64,000 nucleotides of DNA from an uncultured delta proteobacterium (GTDB taxonomy: Bacteria; Myxococcota; Myxococcia; Myxococcales; Myxococcaceae): assembly GCA_963771175.1 (NCBI GenBank), contig CAVYSY010000032.1, forward strand, positions 192,001 to 256,000, read 5' to 3'. This document shows, piece by piece, positions 31,357-43,075 of this stretch. Position numbers and translations under genes: made by a program. The notes beneath the pieces are model-generated. The model saw only the letters and a list, made by a program, of their open reading frames with translations, had not been told where the DNA came from and did no database searches. The stretch's first letter is position 1; each line of letters starts with the position of its first letter.

Positions 31357-31941
31357 CTAGAAGCGGTAGCCGACGTTCACGCCGATGCGGTGGGCGACCT
31401 CGCCGCCCCCGATGGGGATGTCCGGCGCGTACGCGAGCCCGACGAAGACGTGCTCGCGGTCGTCCACCATGAAGTCGGTGCCGACCTCGGGCACGACGCC
31501 GAAGCGCAGCGTGCCGTCGTTGCCGGTGAGCTCCTCGTCCGGGACGGTGATGATGCCGGCCTTGAGCGCGAAGTGGAAGCGCACGCGGTAGCCCCAGGTG
31601 TGGAAGCTCGGGCCGGCCACGAGCGCGCACGCTGGCCGTCGAAGAGGTAGGCGCCGGAGAGGTCGAGCGAGAGCCAGTCCTCGCTCCAGTAGCTGGCGGT
31701 GGCGCCCAGGTAGAGCGGCGGGCCGTCGCGGCGCTCGGACACGTTCTGGGTGACGCCCGCGCCCCACTCGAGCCGCAGCGAGAGGGGGCCCTCGGCGCGG
31801 TAGGAGGAATAGCCGCCCTTGCCGTATTCCGAGCCCTCGGGCCCGTCGGTGCGGCCGCGCTCCTGGGCGCCGGCGGAGAGCGGCGCCACCACACGCCACG
31901 AGCACGGCGGCTCCCCATAACTTCGTGAGACGCTCTCTCAA
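31357..31941 (-). CDS. Small outer-membrane beta-barrel-like protein (frameshifted)
   Basis: Signal peptide, amphipathic strands, C-terminal IGVNVGYRF beta-signal. Confidence 0.6.
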   Translation of the reverse strand: MRERLTKLWGAAVLVACGGAALRRRPGARPHRRARGLGIRQGRLFLLPRRGPPLAAARVGRGRHPERVRAPRRPAALPGRHRQLLERGLALARPLRRLPLRRPACALVAGPSFHTWGYRVRFHFALKAGIITVPDEELTGNDGTLRFGVVPEVGTDFMVDDREHVFVGLAYAPDIPIGGGEVAHRIGVNVGYRF

Positions 31942-32045
31942 AACGGCTCTCCCCCTGCGCGGCAACCTCGGCCCTCCGGACGCGCGAGGGAGCGAATATT
32001 CACGGACGCGTGCGCGCGGGCAAGCACCCCCCACAGGCCGCCTGG

Positions 32046-33650
32046 TCAGGCTCGGGGGAGCGGGCGGCGGGGGCGCCCCGGCCCTCCGCGGCGCGGGAGG
32101 GCGACCGGCGAACGGGGCTCGGTGCGGGTGAAGGGCAGCCACTCGGGTCGCGGTGCAGGTACGCCATGATCTTCTCGCGGACGAGGCAGCGGAGGTCGAA
32201 GAGGGTGTCGACGTACCCGCCGAGGAGCACGCGGACCTGCATCGTCTGCTCGGTCGAATCCACCACCTGGAGCTTGGCCAGCTTGCCGTCCCAGATGTCC
32301 TTGGCCTCGGTCGCCAGGATGCGGGCCAGCTCCTTCGCGCAGCGCCTCCAGGTCGGTGCGTCCAGTCCACCTGGACGTGCACCGTGCCGAGCATCTCCAC
32401 CCCGCCCTTGCTCCAGTTCTGGAAGGGCTTCTCCAGGAACTGGGTGACCGGGACGATCAGCCGTCGGAAGTCCCAGGTTCGCACGACCACGATACGTGAG
32501 GCTGATCTCCTCCACCGTGCCGTTCTCGCCCTCGACGACCAGCTGGTCCCCGATGCGGATGGGCTGGGTGATGGAGAGCTGGATCCCGGCCAGCAGCGCG
32601 CCGATGGACTTCTGGGCGGCGAGGCCGAGCACTACGCCGGCCACTCCGGCCGAGGCGAGCAGCGAGACGCCCACGTTGCGCACCACCGTGAACTGCATCA
32701 GCAGCGCGCGGCGGCGACCAGACGAGGTGACCATGGGACCTGGCGCAGCACCGCCAGCTGGGTGCCGGACGCCCCGGGCATCCCTCGTGCGCCTTCGCCA
32801 CCCGGCTCTCCACGACCCCCGAGGCCATGTCGAGGAAGCGGAGCGCGAACCATGCCGCGGAGATGACCAGGAGCGAGCGGTGAGGACGCTGACCCGTGCG
32901 CCCAGACCGGAGGCAGGAACAGCGGCGGGGTGGTGACGCTCAGCACGAAGGCCAAGATCGGCAGCCGGAGCGGACCCCGCGCCGCCTGCACCAGCTGGTC
33001 GTCCCAGGTCAGCCGCGTCAGCCGGGTGATGCGCCCGAGCAGCGCCAGGCCGAGCCGCTCCAGCAGCGCCAGGCCCCGACACCGCGCCGGCGCAGGCACA
33101 TCAGCCCCAGCCACTGCCACAGCTCGAGCCCTACCACCGCCCTGGTGAAGAGCACCGGGGGCAGGCGCTCGCCGCACCGCGGGCCGTACTCGTCGTAGAG
33201 CACGTCGATGGCCTTCACCGTCTCCTCGCTGAACACCCACACTCCCCCCGCCCACCTCCACTCCGCAGCTGACGGCCTGGGGTAGGTGGTTGCCGACCGG
33301 GAGGGCGCCGATCAGGACGAAGCGGGACCGCGGGTCGCCCTCGGCCTCCTGGCTCAGGCTCTCCAGCGCCAGGGGCAGCTGGTGGTCGAGCACGAACTTG
33401 AGCCGCCGGGCGAGCCGGGCCCCCTGCGTCGTGCTGGTCCGGAGGCAGGTCATCCAGGTCCAGGTAGTGCGCCGCCCGCACGTAGTCCCCCCGGTGGACG
33501 GCGGTGGAGAAGCCGGTGACGGTGGCGGGGGGGGTCGAGCGGTCGAGCGAGGCGGGGGGCTCGCCGAGGCCCGGGTTGAGGGCGAGGCCGGCCGGAGGGG
33601 CCGCGGGACAGCAGGAGCCGTCCAGAGGGCGCGGCGCAGCGGCTTCTGCG
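32046..33650 (-). CDS. MscS family mechanosensitive channel (frameshifted; start approximate)
   Basis: SLLASAGVAGVVLGLAAQKSIG...QPIRIGDQLVVEGENGTVEEI; VVRTWDFRRLIVP...PFQNWS. Confidence 0.85.
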
Positions 33651-33795
33651 CGCGCCCTTCCCGCGCGGACCAGGCCCGCCGCCCGCGCGTCGAACGGTAC
33701 CGTCAACGGTCCGCGCACGCGTCCTAGGTAATCGGGGGGAAAGCGTTGGTGTCGCCCGCCGCGGTAGGCTAGAAGGGCCGCCAAGGAAGGTCGCC

Positions 33796-34183
33796 GTGCA
33801 AGAGAAGCGCAAAATTCTGCTCATCGACGACAGCGAGATCACGCTCGCCATGGAGAAGGCGGTCCTCGAGGCGCGCGGCTACGAGGTCGTCGCCACCTCC
33901 ACGCTGATGGAGTTCGAGCAGACGCTGCAGGGCTGGCGGCCGGACCTCATCCTCACCGACATCCACATGCCCGAGGCCAAGGGCACGGACATCTGCCGGA
34001 CCCTGAAGAACGAGTACGGCACGCAGGACATCCCCATCATCCTCTTCTCCTCGCCTCCCGGACGACGAGCTGACGCAGCTGGCCGAGCAGGTCGGCGCCG
34101 ACGGCTCCCTGTCCAAGGCCAACGGGCTGGAGGCCATGGGCGAGAAGATCGACGAGCTGGTGGAGAGCATCATCTGGGCGTGA
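33796..34183 (+). CDS. Single-domain response regulator (frameshift at about 34055)
   Basis: KILLIDDS, PDLILTDIHMP, IPIILFSS, then GADGSLSK...VESIIWA* in the shifted frame. Confidence 0.85.
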
Positions 34184-35753
34184 GACGGCCCGGGCTCGTC
34201 GGCGGCGCAGCGCTGGCGCTCGTCGGGGTGGCGCGGGCGCGGCGGCCGGGCCGGAGCGCCGCTCGCGCGCCCGGCCCCCGGCGGCGAGCGGAGGCCCCGG
34301 CGCCATGCTGCTCCTCACCGCGGACACGCGCGGCTACCTGGGCCCCTGCGGGTGCAGCGAGAACATGCGCGGGGGCATCGCGCGCGCGGCCCGGCAGGTG
34401 CTCAGGAGGCACGCAGAGGGCCCGCTGCCGGTGCTCTACGTGGACGGGGGCGACAGCCTCTTCGGGCAGCGCGTCACCTCAGCGAGGCAGGCGCAGAGTG
34501 CCGCAGGAAGAGAGGAAGGCCCGAGCGCTGGCCGAGGCCATGCGGCGCATGGGCCTGCCGTGCGCGCGGCCGGCGAGCTGGACGACGCGCGCGGGCCGGG
34601 CTTCCGCCACGGCCTGAGGCTGCCGGAGCTGCCGCCCGGGTGGGGTGAAGGTGCTGCAGGCGGGGCTCGCGAGGTGGGCGTGGTGCAGCGGGGACAGACG
34701 CGGCCTCGCTGAAGGCGGGCGCAGCGCGCCGGGCGCGCGCCGGGGCGCGGCCTTCGTGGTGGGGCTGTTCCACGGCCCGTGGCAGGAGGCCCGGCCGGCC
34801 GCGGGCACGCCGGCGGAGCTGGGAGTCGGCACCGGTGCTGGCTGGCGCACGCCACCCACACCGAGGACGAGCCGAAGGGCGAGGAGAACACAGCGGGCGG
34901 CCGCGCGGGTGCCGGTGGGTGAGGCGCCCTGCAGAGCAAGGGGCGCTCGCTCCTGCGCGTGGACCTGGGCCTACGGCCCGAAGGAGAGCCCCTTCACCCC
35001 GCTCAAGCGGCGGAGGAGGGCGGAACGAGAGGAGGCGGCCTCGCATGAGCCAGCGCCTCGCGCTGCTGGACGGCGGACCAACCTGCCCGGGCATCGACCC
35101 GACGGCTGAAGCCGCCGCGAAGGGCCAAAGTGGCGGAGCTGGTGCGCGCCGCCAGCCGCTGCTCACCGGGCCGCCGCCCAGCGCCGGAGGGGCAGCAACC
35201 TTCACCGTGCGCTTCCTGCCGCTGGAGTCCTCGCCTGCCGCAGCGACCCGGGCCCGGGCGCTCGTGACCGCCTACGACGCGAGGTGGGGGAGCTGAACCT
35301 GGCCTGGGCCCGCGCCCACGGGCAGGACTGCCCCGCCCCGAGCCGGGCGAGGCCGCCTTCGTGGGCAACACGGGGTGCGGAGTTGCCATGCCGCGGCCTT
35401 CCCCGTGTGGGAGCGCACGAAGCACCACGCACGGCTGGCAGACGCTGGAGGCGGAGGGCAAGCAGTTCCACCTCAACTGCTCACGGCTGCCACGTGACGG
35501 GCCGGGGCAGCCCGGCGGGGTGTGCCGCCTGGACAAGGTGGCGGGGCGCGAGGGCGTGGGCTGCGAGAGCTGCCACGGGCCGGGCTGGCCTCCATCCGCG
35601 CCGAGGCCCCCTCGGCCACCAGAACATGACCGCGCCGCCCGGGTAGGGGCTGTGCGTCACCTGCCACAACCTGGAGAACTCGCCGCACTTCGACTTCGCC
35701 ACCTACCTGCCGCGGGTGCCTGGCGGCCGGGGCAGGGGCGAACACCGCAGTGA
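34180..35753 (+). CDS. UshA-like domain fused to a multiheme (c554-like) cytochrome (heavily frameshifted)
   Basis: ADTRGYLGPCGC...GGIAR, VDGGDSLF; intact CESCH and CVTCH plus two indel-broken CxxCH; SPHFDFATY. Confidence 0.7.
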
Positions 35754-35919
35754 AGCAGCGCGGTAGAGCATCCGGGCGATACGTGTCCGTCCGTGCGGCA
35801 CCGAGGAGGAATGGCTCGTCCGGCCGGTCGTCTGTTTCCCGCGATAGCAATCCGGCGAATACTCCCGCCCTCCTCAATCAACCCGGCCTTCTCCGGCAGC
35901 CGGCCTCACCCGATCGTCC

Positions 35920-37838
35920 ATGCCGTCCTTCAGCCTGCTCCTGCTGGTCCTCTCCTCCGCCGCGTCCAAGCCCGTGGCTGGAGATGCCCCCGCCCCCGCC
36001 CGGCATGCGGGAGCTGAGCAGCGAGGAGAAGCCGCGATGCTGCTCTCGCGCCGCGGAGCCCGGGCCCCCGGCAGGCGGAGGCGCGGAGGAGGTGGAGACG
36101 GAGAGCGCGGAGCTCGAGGAGCTGCGCGCGCTGGAGGCGCGCCACGCTGGACCCGGGCGCCCGGCTGGACGCCGAGGTGCTCCAGACGCTGCGGCGCCTG
36201 GGCTTCGCCAACCCCCTGCGCCAGCGCATGCTGGACGCGCTGGAGGAGCCCACCCTGCGCGAGGACGCGCGCCCGGGGAGCTGCCCCTCATCACCGACCT
36301 GGCCAACTTCGACGTGACGCGAGTGCAGGACCGCTACGACATCCCGGTGGAGATGCAGCCGCTGGTGGCCCAGTACATCCAGTTCTTCCAGGGGCCGGGC
36401 CGCAAGTGGTTCCGCAACTGGATGGCGCGCTCCACCCGCTACCTGCCGGTGATGCAGCCCATCCTCGAGGACGACGGGCTGCCGAGGGACACCGTGTACC
36501 TGGCGATGATCGAGAGCGGCTTCTGCCGCGCACGCCTACTCGTGGGCGCACGCCGCGGGGCCCTGGCAGTTCATCTCCGCCACCGGCCGCCAGTACGGGC
36601 TGCGCCAGGACTTCTGGGTGGACGAGCGGAGGGACCCCATCAAGGCCACGCACGCCGCCGCGCGCTACCTCAAGGATCTGCACAAGGAGCTGGGCCACTG
36701 GTACCTGGCGTGGGCCGGCTACAACACGGGCAGCGGGCGGTGCGCCGCGCCATCGAGCCCGACGGCACCACCGACTTCTGGGAGCTGCGCCGAGGAGCAA
36801 GGGCCTGGCGAAGGAGACCCAGCACTACGTGCCCAAGCTCATCGCCGCGCGCTGATCGCCAAGCACCCCGAGGCCTTCGGCTTCACCGAGGAGCGAGTTC
36901 GAGCTACGAGCCGGCGCTCGTCTACGACGAGGTGAAGCTCGCGGACGCCACCGACCTGGACGTGATCGCGCGCGCGGCCGGCGTGAGCGTGAAGGCGGTG
37001 CAGGAGCTCAACCCGGAGCTCAAGCGCTGGTGCACGCCGCCGGCGAGCGCGAGAAGCCCTACGTGCTGCGCCTGCCCAAGGGCACGGCGGAGCGCTTCGC
37101 GGAGAACTTCGCCAAGGTGGCGCCGCACGAGCGGCTCACCTTCAACGTGCACAAGGTGAAGCGCGGCGACACGCTCTCGCGGCATCGCCCAAGCGCTACG
37201 GCAGCGCGCGCCGAGGCCATCCTGCAGGTGAACCGGCTCAAGAGCGCGCGCGCGCTGCGGGTGAACGCCGGAGCTGGTCATCCCGGTGCCCACGGCGCGC
37301 GGGCCAGCGGCGGGGACGCGGCGCTCGCGCGCAAGGTGGCCCAGGCGCGGCGCAGCGGCGTGGTGGCGCTGCGCCCCGAGGAGGAGGTGCCCGCCGGCAC
37401 GCCCGAGCGCCGGCGTGGCCCCGGGCCCCGTCGAGCACCGAGACGGTGAACGGCCGCACGCGCGTCGAGCTACGCGCGTGCAGGACGGCGACAGCCTGTG
37501 GACCATCGCCCAGCGCTTCGGCGTGAGCGTGGCGAGCTGCGCGAGTGGAACAGCCTGGGCCGCGCGAGCAAGCGCGGCGCTGCGGTGGGCAGCGAGCTGC
37601 ACGTGTGGCCCGGAGCCGCGCGGCCGAGGCGGTGCGAGGAGCGCGCGGGCACGGTGGTGGCCCAGCGGCGCGGTGGCAACGCGGGCCGCGCCGGCCCGAG
37701 CACGCGCTCGCCGCCGGCGAGACGCTCTGGAACGTGGCCCAGCGCTACGGCGTGTCGCGTGGAGGACCTCAAGCGCTGGAACCAGCATCAAGAACCACCG
37801 CACCGTGCGGCCGGGCCGGTCAGCCTGGCGCGGCCTGA
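35920..37838 (+). CDS. mltD: Lytic murein transglycosylase with LysM repeats (MltD-like; frameshifted)
   Basis: [46 protein letters not shown]; LysM units ([38 protein letters not shown]). Confidence 0.8.
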
Positions 37839-37877
37839 GCGCCGCGCCAGCACGCCGCGCCGCCCTCGGCAGCCCGC

Positions 37878-39638
37878 TCAGCCCTGCTCCAGGAGCAGCT
37901 TCAGCTCGCGGACGCGGCGGGTGATGTGGTCGCGGTCCATTCGGCGGAAGCTCTCGGGCAGCAGCTCGCGGCTGGTGCACTCCTGCACGGCCACCAGGTT
38001 CTGCAGCTCGATCTCCAGCGGGTAGCTGGGCGGCACGAAGTCGGCGAAGACGGCCTTCAGGTCCTCCACCGTGGCCTGCTCGCGGCCCTGGGCCAGCGCG
38101 CGGAAGCGGGTGCGCACCAGCACCGCCTCGATGTCCGCGCCGCTGAGCTGGCGCGTCCCCGTCGGAATCAGCTCGGAGACCGACGGCACCTCCAGCTTCA
38201 GGCCCGTCTTCTTCTGCATCACCCGGAACAGCTCCTCCCGCTCCTCCTCCGTCTCCGGGTAGAAGAGCGCGAGGTGCTCCTCGGCGCGGCCCTGGCGCTT
38301 GAGGTCCACCGGCAGCAGGTCCGGCCGAGCCGTCAGCAGGAACCAGACAATCTTGCCGCGGTACACCGTGTTGCCCATGAAGGAGGCCACGGAGCCGAAC
38401 ACGCGGCTGCTCGTCCCCGAGTCCCCGCCCGAGTCGCGGTTGCCCAGGAAGGTGTCCGCCTCGTCCACCATCACCGCCACCGGCCAGAGCGCCTTCAGCA
38501 GGTTGAAGATCTTCTCCAGGTTGGCCTCGGTGACGCCCTGCCACTGGCTGCGGAAGTTGAGGAACTTCACCACCGGGATGCCAATCTCACCCGCGAAGCA
38601 GGACACCATGAACGTCTTGCCGGTGCCCACCGGGCCGCTCACGAGGTAGCCCATGGGCATCACCTCCATGCGGCCCTTCTTCAGCGCGTTGGCGGCGTTG
38701 CGCAGCATCTCCTTGGCCTTGCCGTGGCCCGCCACCGCGTCCAGCGTGTGCACCGGCTCGATGAACTCGAGCAGCCCGTGGCACTCGGCCTGGATGAGCT
38801 CCTTCTTCCGCTCCTTGAGCAGCTCGGACGTAATCCGCACGTCGTGCTCGAGGGCCTCGGTGAGGACGCGATCCAGGTTGATGCGCGACAGGCCCGCCGT
38901 CATCTTCGCCAGGCCCGCCAGCGGCACGTCCGACACCGCCGCCAGCTTCTTGCCCTCCAGCTTGTAGCGCACGTACTCCAGCCGCTCCTCCTCGGTGGGC
39001 AGCGGCAGCTCGATGGGCGCCACGTACGGGTTGCGCGACATGCGCGGGGACATGTCCGCCAGGTTCTCCGCCAGCAGCACCACGGAGACGTCCCCCGCGA
39101 GGAACTGCGGGTCGTGCGCCCACTTCTCCAGCGTGGCCAGCACGAAGCGGTCCTCGGCCGACAGGTGGCTCATCTCCCCGCCCGGCACCAGCGTCTCGGC
39201 GAAGTCGATGATGAGCGCCAGCGACTTGCCCTCGCTCAGGCGCATCCGCAGGAAGTTCTCCAGAATCTGCAGCGCCCGGGCCGGATCTCTCGGCAGGCTC
39301 TTGGCGTAGTCCGTGCCGTAGAGCGCGTCGTAGCCGGCCATCGTCCGCTGCAGCTCCTTCTGCGTCTCCGGTGAGGAGGAGCGGACACCCGACGAGCGAT
39401 CATAGAAGAGGACATGGTCGCGCCCGCCGAAGAGCTCCTCGGAGAGGAAGGTGCGCAGGGTCCCGAAGCCCCGGCTGCCATCCTCCTGGGTGAGGGGCTG
39501 CAGATCCCTCACCGCCCCATAGAGGAGGAAGGTGCTGACACTCTTCGTGTAGTACTTCTGGGCCAGCTTCCGGGCCCAACCGGGCAGCCCCGCGAGCGGA
39601 TCCGCCGGGTCGGCCTTGCGCGCCTTGGTCACGGACAC
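37878..39638 (-). CDS. AAA+ ATPase with degenerate N-terminal and intact C-terminal AAA domain
   Basis: GPVGTGKT, SQWQGVTEANL, VMVDEAD, TARPDLLPVDLKRQGR, LSGADIEA. Confidence 0.9.
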   Translation of the reverse strand: MSVTKARKADPADPLAGLPGWARKLAQKYYTKSVSTFLLYGAVRDLQPLTQEDGSRGFGTLRTFLSEELFGGRDHVLFYDRSSGVRSSSPETQKELQRTMAGYDALYGTDYAKSLPRDPARALQILENFLRMRLSEGKSLALIIDFAETLVPGGEMSHLSAEDRFVLATLEKWAHDPQFLAGDVSVVLLAENLADMSPRMSRNPYVAPIELPLPTEEERLEYVRYKLEGKKLAAVSDVPLAGLAKMTAGLSRINLDRVLTEALEHDVRITSELLKERKKELIQAECHGLLEFIEPVHTLDAVAGHGKAKEMLRNAANALKKGRMEVMPMGYLVSGPVGTGKTFMVSCFAGEIGIPVVKFLNFRSQWQGVTEANLEKIFNLLKALWPVAVMVDEADTFLGNRDSGGDSGTSSRVFGSVASFMGNTVYRGKIVWFLLTARPDLLPVDLKRQGRAEEHLALFYPETEEEREELFRVMQKKTGLKLEVPSVSELIPTGTRQLSGADIEAVLVRTRFRALAQGREQATVEDLKAVFADFVPPSYPLEIELQNLVAVQECTSRELLPESFRRMDRDHITRRVRELKLLLEQG

Positions 39639-39712
39639 ACCTCTCCCGCCCCCTCATGGGGGCCCTGGCACCCGCCCTGGCGGAAAGCCGGGCGGGCGCC
39701 TGTCTGAATGTC

Positions 39713-42180
39713 TCAACGGCAGCCGCGCTGCTTCTTCAACCGCTCCTTCACCGTGGCGGCACTACCGCCCGCGGCGGGAGCCACGTCGACGTCCGCGTCG
39801 TCGTGGCAGCGCAGCTTGAGGCTCACCTGCTTCACGCTGAGCGGCAGCCGGACCGTAGCCGGCGTGATGCCCAGCTCCTTGCCCCCCGCGAAGATGGTGG
39901 CTCCGGAGGGCACGGACTGCACCTCCACCTCGAAGTTATCCGGCTCGAGCTTGAGCTGCACGTCCATCGGCTTGTCGCTCGGGGGCGGGTTGATGCGCTG
40001 CTGGGCCGGCTTGAAGCCCGGGGCGCTGGCCGACACCACCACCTCGGTGCCCGCCGTCAGCTCGCCGATATAGGTCGAGCTGTTGCCCTTCTCGCGCACC
40101 ACCTTGCCGTCCACCTTCACCTCCGCGTCCGGCGGCTGGGTGACGATCACCACGCGCGACACCTGCACCTCGCGCTCCAGCTTCACATCCAGCGACATGG
40201 GCGTCGTGCCGGGCTCGATCACCGTCGACTGGGTGAACGTCTTGTAGCCCTCGGCACTCACCATCACCAGGGTGGGACCGGCCTTCACCGACTGCAGCAC
40301 GGGCCCGGACTTGGGAATCTCCAGTTCCTGACCGCCGACGCTCACCCGGACCGAGCTGCGCACCTCGGAGGGCAGGTGCACCAGGATGAAGCCCGAGGGC
40401 TCCGGCCGCTTCATGATGAAGAAGCCCGCCACGCCCAGCACCACCACCACCAGGGCGACGAGCGCCGCGACGAGCGGCAGGCGGCTGGGGGCCGCCGGAG
40501 CCGTCTCGGGCGGAGGGCGAACCGGCCGCACCGGGGAGACGGAGTGAGTCGCCTCCCCTCCTCCTCCTCAGGCTCCTCGTGCATCACGGGAGGAGGCGGC
40601 GCGAACACGGGCCGGGCCGGGGACGTCACGGCGGAATGCGCCGCCGAGGGCCGTGCGGGCATGGGCGGCTCGACCGGCGACTCCGGCCGGATGGCGCGCA
40701 TCCCGTCCAGCGTGTTGCGACCCTGGCGCGCCACGGTGGTGCTCTCCGCGCCGGAGGGAGCCAGCGTGGGAGGCCGCGGCGGGGACGCCGTCACCACCGG
40801 CGGCATCCGCTGGCTGGTGGAGGTCCGCTGCGGCGGCTGATGATCGATGACGGGCGGGCGCGGCACCTCCACCGGCGTCACCTTGCGCCCGGGGCCCACG
40901 AGCCCCGGCTGGGTGGTCGGATCGGTGAAGTACTCGGGGCCGCTCACCACCATCGTCGCCCCGGACTCCTCCTCCTCGGGCGGAGGGGCCACGGGGGCGG
41001 GGGCCGTCAGCTTGGGCATCGCGCCCATGGTGGGCGAGCGGCGCACGCCCGCGGTCCCGGGCGGGGGCGGGGGCGGAGGGGGCTCCACGGGAGGCAGGGT
41101 CGGCACCGCCGGGCTGGACGGCGCATGCACCTGCGGGGCCGAGGACGAGCCGCTGAAGCCCATCTCGATGGCGGCCATCATGCCCTCGGGGGGCCGGATG
41201 TCCGCGTACTCCTGCAACCGCAGCTTCTCGCGCTCCACGTCCTCCGCGAAGGTGGACTTCATGTACTGCATGAGGTCCTTGCGGCTGAAGATGGACTCCG
41301 AGGTGAGCAGGAAGCGCTGCAGGTCGTCGCCCAGCTCGTTGGCGTACTGGTAGCGCTCGTCCACGTCGCGCGCGAGCGCCTTGAGGACGATCTTCTCCAG
41401 CGCCTCGGGGATGCGCTTGTTGTAGGTGGAGGGCGGGGCCACCTCGGCCTTGCGCACCTTCTCCAGCACGCTGAAGTCGCTGTCGCCCACGAAGAGACGC
41501 TCGCCGGTGAGCATCTCGTAGAGGCACACGCCGATGGCGAAGATGTCGCTGCGCCGGTCGAGCGGCAGGCCGCGGATCTGCTCCGGGCTCATGTAGCCGA
41601 ACTTGCCCTTGAGGATGCCGGCCTGCGTCTTGGTGGCCTTGCCCGCCGCCTTGGCGATGCCGAAGTCGATGACCTTCACCTCGCCCTCGAAGGAGACGAG
41701 GATGTTCTGGGGCGAGATGTCGCGGTGGACGATGTTCAGGTCCCTCCCCATGTTGTCCTTCTTGCGGTGGGCGTAGTCGAGCCCCTCGCACATCTTGGAC
41801 ACCATGTAGGCCACCAGCGGCACGGGCGCGGGCTCACCCTTCTTCCGGCAGCGGTCGAAGATGGCCCGCATGTCCCTGCCGGGGATGTACTCCATCGCGA
41901 TGAAGTAGCTGTTGGAGATCTGCCCCAGCTCGTAGATCTGCGCGACGTTGGCGTGGTTCAGCTGGACGCTGATCTTCGCCTCGTCGATGAACATCGTGAT
42001 GAACTCATCGTCCTCGGCGATGTTGGGGAGGATGCGCTTGATGGCGACGAGGCGCTCGAAACCTCCCGCGCCGAACATCTTGCCGCGCCACACCTCCGCC
42101 ATGCCGCCGATGTTGATGCGGTCGAGGAGGAGATATTTCCCAAACGGGATGGGTTGCCGCTTCGGTTGAGTGGTCGTCAC
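39713..42180 (-). CDS. Membrane Ser/Thr protein kinase with PEGA domains (frameshift at about 40540)
   Basis: GGMAEV, VAIK, HRDISPQN, DFG, GKFGYMSPE; Pro-rich linker; TM and PEGA (TQPPDAEVKVDG, SVPSGATIFAGG...GITP) in the 39713 frame. Confidence 0.92.
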
Positions 42181-42271
42181 GAGGGGTGCGTAGCTCGGTG
42201 TTTGACAGCCGAGCCTAGCTACCGCCCCTCCATAGGGTCAACCATGGGGCGTCACCTATCCTCCACTCGGC

Positions 42272-43075
42272 TCAGGGGCCGGGGGCCGGTGCGACTCCTC
42301 CGGCATCCAGGCCCGCGGGGGCTCCCTCGGCCGCCGGGGCCCTGGGAGGCACCTGGAAGGGCTCCGTCCGAGGGAGCTCCCCCTCCCCTTCCTCGGGAAG
42401 TGCGGGTTGCACGACCGCCACGTGTGGCTCGCCATTCACGGACAGCACGGCGGGGAGCCCGAAACGCTCGCCTGCCGGGAGACCGACCAGGGTGACCCAG
42501 GCCGTGTCGCGCTCGGGGGCCACGCAGTAGATGAACGTCCCCACCTCCAGGCCCGGCGCCTCCGCGACGGGCCCCTGGCAGTCCTGGCGCACCTGGAGCG
42601 ACCACGCCGGGGCGCGCGCCCCCCGGACCAGGTACGGAGGCTGACCCATCTCCTCCAGCAGCGGACGCAGCAGCGCCGGGTCCGAGGGCACGGCGTGCCC
42701 GTTGACCAGGGTCTGGGCCTTCTGCTGGAAGTGGCTCAGCGACATGGCGGCCACGTCCTCGGGGCGCAGCGGCACCTGCTTCTCGAGGCGCACCATGTCG
42801 AAGAAGAGCGCGCACACGAGGACGATGGGCAGCAGCCGGTAGCCCTTGAAGCCCTCGGGCAGCCCGCGACTCAGGCCCCAGGCGACCACGCCGAGCACCC
42901 CCACCGTGATGACCAGCACCACCGCGGGCCAGACCACCGGGGGCGGCGCCAGGAAGGCGGACACCTCGGCGCTCCGGGCGCGCAGGGCGTCCAGCAACTC
43001 TCCCCCGTAGAGCCACAGGAGGACCAGCAGGCAGAGAACGTTGACGAGGGTCGTCTTGGTCGAGGGCAGCTTCAT
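42272..43075 (-). CDS. Hypothetical membrane protein
   Basis: Starts MKLPSTKTT, overlapping the permease stop; three hydrophobic segments. Confidence 0.7.
   Translation of the reverse strand: MKLPSTKTTLVNVLCLLVLLWLYGGELLDALRARSAEVSAFLAPPPVVWPAVVLVITVGVLGVVAWGLSRGLPEGFKGYRLLPIVLVCALFFDMVRLEKQVPLRPEDVAAMSLSHFQQKAQTLVNGHAVPSDPALLRPLLEEMGQPPYLVRGARAPAWSLQVRQDCQGPVAEAPGLEVGTFIYCVAPERDTAWVTLVGLPAGERFGLPAVLSVNGEPHVAVVQPALPEEGEGELPRTEPFQVPPRAPAAEGAPAGLDAGGVAPAPGP

Noticed and set aside
34347..34355. Selenocysteine recoding in the UshA-like protein
   Set aside because: Both Cys codons are TGC; there is no in-frame TGA at the motif.
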